NCBI GenBank assembly: GCA_050230475.1
Contig: JBFLGF010000150.1
Coordinates: 44,788 to 64,787 of the forward strand
DNA length: 20,000 nt
DNA from: Ancylonema sp.
Taxonomy: Eukaryota
Direction: 5' to 3'
Shown: one piece after another, positions 1-9,060 of the stretch
How positions within the stretch are numbered: the first letter of the stretch is position 1
How the letters are laid out: each line of letters opens with the position of its first letter
Notes under the pieces: generated by a model
Told to the model about the DNA's origin: nothing
The model's database searches: none
The model's input: the letters and a program-made list of their open reading frames with translations, nothing else
Translations under genes and position numbers: made by a program

Positions 1-479
1 TTTTCTTGTGGCACGTTGAGCACATTTACTAGTGAGTGTGCCACCATCGTGGATAGGTCACTCCCAACCACCCACAACTTTCGGCAAACATTATGTATCA
101 TTTATATTTTTATGCATATCTTTAACAAAAAGTGGTTAGCTATTGGTAGTTAGTAGTTAAGATCCACTTGCTCTAACAAAGCAACTCCGAAGAAGAAAGT
201 GGAACGCGCAGTGGTGGGGGAGGTAACAAGGCCATGGATTGCTCTAGACGTTGGGTTCTAGCATGTATCGCATGTGCTATCGATCGCTGCTTGATGAAGT
301 ACTTTGTCCATTGTAACGATTACAGTACACACAAGGCAAAAAAGGATTCGAATTTCATGCAATGGAATGATCGACATCACTGCAAACAATGTCGAACACA
401 CGCATCCGAGTATTTGAAACTTAAATAGATGTGTATTGCAATGTTATGTCGATCGATATCGGGTGCACAAGTCACACTT

Positions 480-665
480 GTCGTGCCATCAAACATCGTG
501 TAATATTCTCACGTATAATTCATTCGTTGTAACGAACATTGTTATAATGTGTGCCCCGCACGTACGAATTGCCTCATCCACACCATCTCCACACATGAAT
601 GTCAATCATGACCCAGTCGAGGTTCGCTACACACACGTGCGCGATAGTGTAAACCATTGCAAACA
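480..665 (+). repeat. Diverged copy of the dispersed repeat that forms the inverted-repeat arms
   Basis: GTCGTGCCATCAAACATCGTGTAATATTCTCACGT...AACGAAC...TGACCCAGTCGAGGTTCGC...GCGCGATA aligns colinearly with the 2354-2547 arm. Confidence 0.6.
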
Positions 666-811
666 CAATATGCAAGTATACTGCATGGCAAATATTATTT
701 TCTAGTCTACCTATGGCAAGGCGTTGCCGTCGGCCAGAGCGTACAGTGCCTGACGCTTATAAAGTGTATGACGATGTAATGCTCAATCGATTAATAACTG
801 AAAGCAATTCA

Positions 812-2351
812 CACTAAAATGCTTATGGGTCCGATTCACATAGGTTGAAAGCTAGCCAAACGCAAAGACAAATCACACAAAAGATGTGGGTAATTTATCA
901 GCGGTTCCCAAGGTGTGATAAGCCAATTGAGGTTTGATCACAAAGAGTACAGCATGTTTAGTGGTCAGCAATCTAATCATGCTAGTACCTACGAAGCTAC
1001 CGATCCTTTTGCATTTACTTGCGGCGCCGTCTTAGCCGCCTCATGTCATTATTACTATGGCTAATCCACTCATAGACCAATATTCTATTACAGATGTCAC
1101 CGGATCCTTCGCTGCAGCAAAGTAGATGTTAACATGTGTACTATAGTAGTGTTGGACGCCTGCGGCTGATGACAAGTATCCACATAAGTCATAAATCCGC
1201 CTTTGGCGCCTCGTTGCGACCCCGCAGATTTACGCCTTTAACGAAGTGTGAATATTGCTAGGCATTGACTGTGGAAATTGTATGTAATCCAACAACCGCC
1301 TTGTAACTCAGTTGTCAATATAGTCCGTCCTTAGTGCCGCTCAAGGTGCCGTAGGTGGCGGAACAATCATATCGTTTGTAGTAACTAAGGCCTTAGATTC
1401 CATTTGAGCCGCCAATGACAAACACGTCCGATGGACACGTGTTACTTGAAGCATTATCGTGAAATACCCACGCGCATACGGAATATGGAATAAGGACGTA
1501 AATACCCGCACTTGCACCATTTCACCGCATAGGCACATTCACCGTATAGCTATATTCACCGTATGGGCATATTATATCACCACATAAGCACACGATCGAT
1601 TATTGTCCGACACACTAAATGTATAAAGAATTCACAAAGGCACAATTGCCAGCCGAACTAAGATTCAGATTGCACAATAATTCCATAGTGAAAATGATAG
1701 CGGTTCTCGAGGTGTACACGGATCGAATGAGGTATGTGCACAAAGATTACAATTTTGCACTTTGTTGTCTAGCTAGCTGCGATCATTTTGCGGCGCCCCC
1801 AACTTGGCGTGCCGTCAAACATACTTGCTACTCACTTCCTAGCCAAGTATTCTCTAAACGACGTCACCCAAATCACTAAAATGCAATGCACGGCTCACAT
1901 GTAGTATCTCTTGCCATCCTGCCGTCTAGTTGCATTGCCGTCTTACGCTTTCTATGGCGCAAAATACACTAATGTACAATGCAGCACCCTGAGACTTGTC
2001 ATAAATAACTGTCTACTTATATTGACAACAACATTGCTCCTATTGTGGGGTTGCTGTACTTAATCAATTGTATCATAGACGTATGTGGACCTATAGCTGT
2101 TCGGCAATATGATGCGGAAAGTGTCCCCTGGGAATGTTGCTGCAAGTGGTAGAACAATCATGGCGTTCTTCAATAATTAAGGCCTTCTATTGCAAAGCGA
2201 AACTTGATTGATAAACGCGTATTCCCATACCACGTGCCAAATTATCGTGACACCGCAAATATCTGCACCCGCACCATTTCACCATATAAGCACATTCACC
2301 CGCTCCCCAAATAAGTCACCATAAAGGCACCCGATCATATATGGTCCGACA
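812..2351. repeat. Two diverged head-to-tail units (about 812-1612 and 1613-2351), probably old transposon-terminal or LTR-like fragments
   Basis: Colinear shared anchors: CACTAAA (812/1613), AGCGGTTCYCRAGGTGT (900/1699), TGAGGT..CACAAAGA.TACA (928/1728), TTGCGGCGCC (1019/1788), GAACAATCAT (1361/2152), ATTATCGTGA (1453/2241), GCACCATTTCACC (1514/2271), terminal GTCCGACA (1605/2344). Confidence 0.7.
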
Positions 2352-2353
2352 GT

Positions 2354-3178
2354 TGCCATCTAGCATCGTGCCACACTCTCACGTACCATTCTATCTTTAG
2401 AACGAATAGCATCGTCAAATGCACTTCACACATGCGAAAACACTTCTTAACTTCTCACATGGTCGTACAACCATGATCTATGATCTGGTCGAGATCTGCA
2501 CTATCCCTATGCGAGATAAAAAATGGCTATCGCACATCCTTCACTTGTCTTTGAAACACATAACTATAATTTTCTCCTCCCCCAAATACGAGGTTAGCTC
2601 TCGCGACACTGAGCTTTGCACACGGTGCAATATGTGATGTTTGGATAGTATGAAAGAGCTAAATAGATTAGATTATGAAATTTGTTGAGGGCTCGGTCCT
2701 GAAAACCAAGTGTATGACCACCATCAGAATTTCACCACCACAAAACATTTATATTCCATGAGATAAGCACTCATGATACAACAAGTTTTGATTCCAAGAA
2801 AAACATACCCCCCCCCCAAATGAGCATATTGGTGGAATACATTTTCGTCTCATAGTTCGCAGGGACTGATGTTGGGGCCATGCAAATTACAAGAGGCTAC
2901 CCTTCCTTTGTAAAACCAAAAAAAACGTCTAGACCTGGCAATTGCCTTGCCTTTTTAGGGTAGACGATATTTTTTTTTGGTCTGCTTCATATGCAAGTGA
3001 AGTATGCGCAATGGCCATTTATTATCTCGGATAATTGCGGATCTCGACGAGATCATAGATGATGGTCGTACGACCATGTGGGAAGTGAAGAAGTTGTTTT
3101 CGCATGTGTGCATTTAACGATGATATTCGTTCTAACGATTGAATGGCACGTGAGAGTGTGGCACGATGCTAGATGGCA
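2354..3178. repeat. Long inverted repeat (arms 2354-2547 and 2994-3178, 446-bp spacer); possible foldback or long-TIR element relic
   Basis: The reverse complement of 2994-3178 aligns to 2354-2547. The outer 31 bp match perfectly (TGCCATCTAGCATCGTGCCACACTCTCACGT) and overall identity is roughly 85% by manual alignment with three small indels. Confidence 0.88.
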
Positions 3179-3788
3179 CGACAGCAATAATAGTTACTGC
3201 TTGCCTGTGAACACATTTTTGTTTTACATCACGAACATGGTGGTTCGTGAACAAACATACGCGGGTGTCGCGGTAGAGGGAGGGCCGCGTAGCAACATTC
3301 AGCCACATGGCAAACACCTCGTAGATTCGTTGAAGATTCCAGGGTGAAGAGATATGGAATTTGGGTCGGTGACCAAATGTTGCGGCTCAACCGTCCAGGA
3401 GGCGGCACGTGCCACTCGACACAATCGATCCGATCGCGACAATACGTGTACGGCGTCCGCGTGGCCGAACCCCCGTCTGCCGTACTGGATGGAGGGAAGG
3501 GATTTTCGTGAGGCAGCCAGCGACAAAGCCAAAATGAAAAGTGCAGATGGTGAACAGGTGTTACGCCCACAAATGCGACATTCACACACACATTGCACTG
3601 TCCGCACGTACGCACACCTTTTGCTGTATCACACCAGTTTCATGAGTGATGCATTCGATAGAAGGAGAGTGTTTAACATGATACATTAATTCTCTCGAGA
3701 AGTAAGACGGCAATGAATTACAACCACAAGCAACCAGTAGCCTGACTTGAAGTAACCGCTTGCAAGATATTTTGCTCTCTATGCGGAG

Positions 3789-6700
3789 ATGGGAGCACAG
3801 GATGAGAACGAGCTGGAAGTCATGGATTTTGTATCCAGTCGTGGGGGCCAGGAGGAAAAAATATTTGTCACGGTTCGGGTCCGCCCAATGAGCGCGAGGG
3901 AGTTGGCACAAGGCGACACATCCGTGTGGAGATGCCAGGATGAGCATACCTTGCTGTACATGGAGCCTGTAGTTGATCGCTCGCCCTACCCCGCGCACTA
4001 CCACTTTGGTCAGTGCTTAGCCAGATGAACACCTACCTGCCTCCAATGTCACACATTGGAAATACTGGCGATCGGTGTATGCTGATTGGTTTGGTTCTGC
4101 ACGGGCATCACGTGCATCTCGGGGAGAAGTACAGCTGTGAAGACAGGATGTATGATTAGAGTCTTACGGCCATACAAGGTGACATTTTTATGTAGTGCTG
4201 GCGAGCCTTGCAGAATCACTGAGAACTGAGTAAGGTTTCTCTGCAATGGGCGATGGGCTCAGTATGCAGCCTGCTGCTATGGACGGTCAGGTCGCTGCCG
4301 CATTCATAGCAAGACATGGTTGGATCGTCTCCTTCATCATTCATAGGGAGATGTGGTTGGATCGGATCACTATTCTTTATCAGCAGCCCCTCCTTCGTCT
4401 GCACCCTTCCTAAATTCTTTTTTCCATGGTGTCGCCTTGCTCACCGGCAGATCGTGTGTTCGGACCCAACGCTCACTCCCGGCAAGTGTATGAAGAGGGA
4501 GCTCGGGACGTGGTGCTGTCGGCTCTGACCGGGCTGAATGGTAATTCCTCGGGGACAGTGCTGGTGGAGTCATGTAGGGCAGAGGAGTTCTGAGGGGTGC
4601 CATTTCTGGGGCACGAGCACCCCTCCCATCATCTCACCAGCTCGGGCAGTGTGTAAACGATGTGAATTACGAGATGAGCTGTCACGGAAGAGGATTCGGG
4701 ATAGGTGTGGATGCGTTGCCAGCTGGCATGGCACACGCAGCTTTTGATCAAGCCATTTAGTGGTAAGGGGTGTAGAATCAGTGAACTGAGCGAGTCATCA
4801 AGCAGCTGGAAAGCGGCAGTGGTGATGATGAGGGATGGAGTGTGCCCCCAGGCACCTTCACAGCTGGGCAGGAGGGGCTGTAGTGGAGGGGAGGAACACG
4901 TTCTGACGCGTGTTTGGGTCTGCGCTTTGCCAGCCTCCATCTTTGCCTACGGCATGACCAGCAGCGGCAAAACCTTTACCATGAAGGGGGTCACTGAGCT
5001 GGCAGTGGGAGACATTTTCGGCAGAATCCACAAGGTGGGAACTGCGCCATGTATGTGCTTATACAGAGGGAGTGACATGTCCGATTCAGCCCGTTGCCTT
5101 CGCCCTGCTAATTCGAGACAACCATGTGTGATGTTTGTAACGATTCTGCTGTTGTGGCATGCCAATATAGGCACTCGATCTCTGTGCTTATAACGAGTTG
5201 AATTCGAGTCAGCCTCAGTGCCAGACTCACAGCAGCACTGCATTGGGAGGATCTCCAGTCGGTTTTCACACGTCTGTGGTAAGGTTTTGAGGAACGATGC
5301 TCTTTGGTTCCTGCAGACCCCCGACCGCGAGTACATCATCCACGCGTCTGCCATGGAGATCTACAACGAAGTCGTACGCGAGCTTCTGAACCCCGACAGC
5401 GGGGCGCTGAGGTTGCTGGACGATCATGACGTAAGCATAATGATGACCACATGCTGCGGGAATAGCCTTTGAATTGACGAATGGTCACAGCCGAGTTGGG
5501 GGAGGAAGCAGGGTCGAGCTTGTTGGCCAAGCTTGGTGACAGCACAGCAGCACTGACGGTGACCACGTGTGCGATGATGTGTCATTCTGGTGTTGCTGAC
5601 TGTGTGTAGTCACCCCTGGGGCTCAGCGAGGAACGGTGGTGGAGAAACTGAGCGAAGTGGTGGTCACCTCCAGCCTGCACCTCCGCCAGATCCTGGCGGA
5701 ATGCGAGTGTCAGTCCTCGGCCTTCCTTCAGTGTGAAACTGTGAAAGTGTGAAAGTGTGAGCATGACACGCAGAGTCCGAGTCTTTCAACGTCAATCGTG
5801 CGATTCACGGTTTGGGCGGAAAGCTAATGGGGGGATATGAGAAAGCTCCCAGGATCTCTGTTGTTGTCACCTGACTGGAATCTTTTTGTGCCATTACAGC
5901 TCAGCGCCAGGTGGGAGAAACAATGCTCAACGACGCCAGCTCAAGATCTCACCAGATCGTGCGACTGGTATGGTCCCAAAACCTGAACCCAATTTGGGAA
6001 CAAAGCCTCCCTTTCTCCCAATGATGTTTCTGCAGCGCAAGACTGCGATTGCATGAAGAAGAGAGAAAGAGAGACCAACTTTTTCCATACCACTTTGTGC
6101 CAATGTCCCCTCATCCTCATCTCTGTTGTGTCCACCTGGCTGTTGTTTCCTCCAGACCGTGGAGAGCTGCCCACGGTCTGCAGGCGGTCTCAATGTGTCG
6201 TTGGACGGCCTTGCGGGACAAGTGCTGATGGCCACCTTGGTAAGCAGGAGGAAAGTTCCAGGAAACAGGGAGAGGCGGGGACGGGGGAAATGAGGAAGAG
6301 CTGGATGCCTTGCTGTCACCTCCTCAGAGCCTCATCAGGACGTGTGGACCGCCGAGATTGACTCTACATTCGTGTGACCTGTGGGCAGAACTTTGTGGAT
6401 CTTGCGGGGAGTGAGCGTGCGTCTCAGACGCAGTCGGAGGGGGCGCGGCTGAAGGAGGGGGGACACATTAACCGGAGTTTGCTCACGCTGGGCACGGTTA
6501 TCAGAAAACTGAGGTACTGCTCGTTGCAATGCAAGGAAGAGATCGATGGCTGCCAGGAACCGCAGAAAAGGGACCGCAACCCCTCCTCCTCTCTGCTCCT
6601 TCCAGCGGCGGCAAGCAGACAAAGTCGGGCCACATCCCGTACCGGGACTCGAAGCTCACCCGCATCCTGCAGCACTCCCTGGGCGGCAACGCCCGCACCG

Positions 6701-9060
6701 CCATCATCTGCACCATGAGCCCCGCGCACACGCACTGCGACCAGACGCGCAACACGCTGTCCTTCGCCACGCGCGCGAAGGAGGTCACGAACTCCGTGCA
6801 CGTGAACCTGGGAAAGGGCGGGAGGAGGGGCGGGACCGGGGCGGCAAGGCGGGAGTTGTTGAGGGGGAGTGTCTGGGGGGGGGGGGTTCAGATGGTTTCG
6901 GATAAGGTTCGGGTGAAGCAGCTGCAGCGGGAAGTCGCGAGGCTGGAGGCTGAGCTCAAGGCGGGCCCCACAGCCAATGACTACAGGGCACAGAAGCTGC
7001 TGATCAGCGAGGTGGGAGAAAGAGGCGGAGGCTCTGGACGGCGGTTCCCTCGGTGTTGACTCTGGGGGGGGGGTGTGTGGGGATGGCCATCCAGCTGGAA
7101 GGGGAGATTGCTGAGCTGGCAAAGCAGCGCGACTCGGCGAGGGCGCAGCTGAGGGAGGTTCAGGACTCGACTGTGATGCGAATGGATCCCAAAGCGGTGC
7201 GTGGATGCATTCCAGGAGGAGTACCCCAAACCCTAATCTTAAACCCTAAACCCTGAACTCTGCCTGTCTTCCCCACCTCCGCCAGGTACTCAAGGGGCCG
7301 AACTCGGTGCAGCGCTTCATCCGCCGCAGCGGAACCTTCCGGAAGGGTCCGAACCCCCGCCAGGTGGCAGCAGGCAGTATGTATCCCAATGGCAGCCGCG
7401 TGGGCCCGCAGACAGGTAGCGAGGTGGAGGTGTCGATCGCGTCAGAGGCGTCCAAGGAGAGGCGGAGGTGGGGGGGGGGAGGGGGTGATGTGGCGGAAAG
7501 ATGGAGAAGTAGGGAGGGGCTGGATCTGGGGGGGGGTTGGGGTTTGGGGTTCAGGTACCGCAAGTCCGTGACCCGCAGCTCCCTGGCTCTGGTGAGCGAG
7601 ATCCGCAAACTGGACCATCTCCAGGACGAGCTGGGCGAGAAGGCCACGCGAGCCATGGAGGCGCTGCAGAGGGAGATCGAGTGTCTGCGGCACGCGCAGC
7701 TCGGGATGCACCACGACGCGGCAGAAACCATTGCCAACCTGCAGGTGGGGGGCTGGGGGGCTGGCACAGCTCTCGTGTGTGTGACAAATTATGAGGTTTG
7801 AGGTTTGGGCGGGGCCCGCAGGCCGAGGTGGCAGACATCCGGCAGTGGAATGACGGAAAGCTGGCTGGGGTTGGGGAGGAGGAGGCAAAGTGGGGGGCAG
7901 CTGGGGATGATGGGGGAGGCGCAACCAAGGGCACTGCCCCCGCCTCGCCCCCCAACCCCCTCACCAGGAGTGCTCTGAGGGACGAAATCTCGCGGCTGAG
8001 CGGCATGGGGGAGGGGAACAAGACAGACACCGCCATCGCTTCCTTGGAAGAACAGCTGGACAGCGCACAGCTCTCCATTCAGAGCATGTGTGGGAGGGAT
8101 GCGGGGCCGCTAGGGGAGGCGCCACCTGGCAATGTGGGCCCGGGGGACGTCCCAGCATCTCAACTGTGGCCAGGGGGCGGCGGGACCGAGGAGGGAGCAG
8201 AGGAAGCTGGGAGAGGGGGGGAGAGACGGAGTGTGAGCGCATCCGTGGATGTGAAGCGGTTGCAGAGCCTGTTCAAGACGGCGGCGGAGGAGAACATCCA
8301 GAGCATCCGGAACTACGTGACGGACCTGAAGGAGAGGGTGGCCAAGCTGCACTTCCAGAAGCAGCTCCTGGTGTGCCAGGTGTTGGAGCTGGAGGCCACC
8401 CCCAAGGAGGAGGCTGGGATGGGCTGGGAGGGCCGATCGGGGAGTGGGCGCTGCGATACGACCGTGACATACGCGCCATCGTGCAGCTGTGGGATCGCTG
8501 CCACGTGTCGCTCTCTCATCGCACGCTGTTCTACCTGCTCATCGACGGGGACGCGGAGGACTCGATGTATCTGGACGTGGAGCAGAGGCAGCTGGCCTGG
8601 CTGTGGGAGCAGAGCGAAGAGGAGAGGAGGCGGGGGGAGGTGCAGGTGCTGAAAACGAGGTGAGGGAGGAGAGGAGATGAAGGCATTCAGATTTGGAATG
8701 AACGGGAATTGGCGTTTTGGCGTTTTGGGGGGGTGCAGGCAGAAGCAGCTGCGGCGGGAGCGGCAGTTGATCGCAAAGCGGATGGGCGCGGAGCTTAGTA
8801 TGGAGGAGAGAGAAGATCTGTTCGGCGAGTGGGACATCGCAACGTCATCCAAGCGACGCAAACAACAGCTGGCAGCCAAGGTGTGGAGCAACTCGAAGGA
8901 CATGCAGGAGGTGGAGGCGAGTGCGCAGCTGGTGGGGCACATTCTGGGACTCGGGGAGGACGGATCCGGGGCGCGGGGGTTCTTCGGACTCGAGTTCAAG
9001 ACACCCCTGGGGGCCTCGAGGGGATGGATGGCACAAAAATTCGACATGAGCGCCGTGTAA
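3789..9060 (+). CDS. NACK1: Kinesin-7, NACK1/HINKEL/TETRASPORE-like phragmoplast kinesin; 15 exons, about 947 aa after correcting one apparent 1-nt frameshift
   Basis: Exons read manually: 3789-4008, 4451-4540, 4934-5034, 5317-5430, 5627-5708, 5900-5967, 6156-6239, 6389-6513, 6606-6810, 6892-7011, 7095-7196, 7286-7467, 7555-7744, 7822-8659 (frameshift about 8400-8445), 8739-9060. Splice phases are consistent and all introns are GT-AG except intron 9 (GG-AG). Motor motifs: [13 protein letters not shown]-loop [10 protein letters not shown], switch I NDASSRSH, switch [41 protein letters not shown]-type blocks: [73 protein letters not shown], and a DUF3490-like tail [34 protein letters not shown]. 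Family assignment is from recalled sequences, not a search. Confidence 0.93.
7224..7257 (+). repeat. Degenerate telomere-like (CCCTAAA) / telobox repeats in kinesin intron 11
   Basis: ccccaaa ccctaat cttaaa ccctaaa ccctgaa, with AAACCCTA at 7228 and 7241. Confidence 0.7.
8242..8397 (+). other. Conserved coiled-coil of NACK kinesins corresponding to the NPK1/ANP MAPKKK-binding segment
   Basis: Translation [52 protein letters not shown] closely resembles the stalk segment of tobacco NACK1 that binds NPK1 (recalled family knowledge). Confidence 0.75.

Noticed and set aside
1519..1591. CRISPR-like or iteron-like short repeats
   Set aside because: The units are degenerate and directly adjacent with no unique spacers, the context is eukaryotic, and there are no cas genes.
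812..1620. CACTA transposon termini at 812 and 1613
   Set aside because: No matching inverted TAGTG terminus with a TIR and 3-bp TSD was found; the 5-mer alone is insufficient.
2347..3185. Apparent 7-bp TSD (CGACAGT / CGACAGC) around the inverted repeat
   Set aside because: The copy at about 478 also begins TGTCGTGCCATC, so the right-hand CGACA is part of the repeat itself, and the left-hand one is the GTCCGACA end of the neighbouring unit.
3000..3788. MSA (AACGG-core) G2/M promoter elements expected upstream of a NACK gene
   Set aside because: I found no exact AACGG or CCGTT core in this interval by eye, only near matches such as TCTAACGA and AACCGTCC. The transcription start is also unknown.
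7468..7554. Kinesin intron 12 as coding sequence (it is stop-free and a multiple of 3)
   Set aside because: It has canonical GT-AG ends and the size and G-richness of neighbouring introns, and would encode low-complexity Gly/Trp sequence. Its length also depends on uncertain homopolymers.
8395..8445. Programmed -1 ribosomal frameshift in the kinesin
   Set aside because: There is no canonical X XXY YYZ slippery heptamer at the frame switch, and a homopolymer indel explains it more simply.
6424..9047. Long minus-strand ORFs (6424-7122, 7246-7767, 8313-9047; also 14559-15182)
   Set aside because: They are antisense shadows of GC-rich exons and G-rich introns, Pro/Ser-rich with no recognisable domain.
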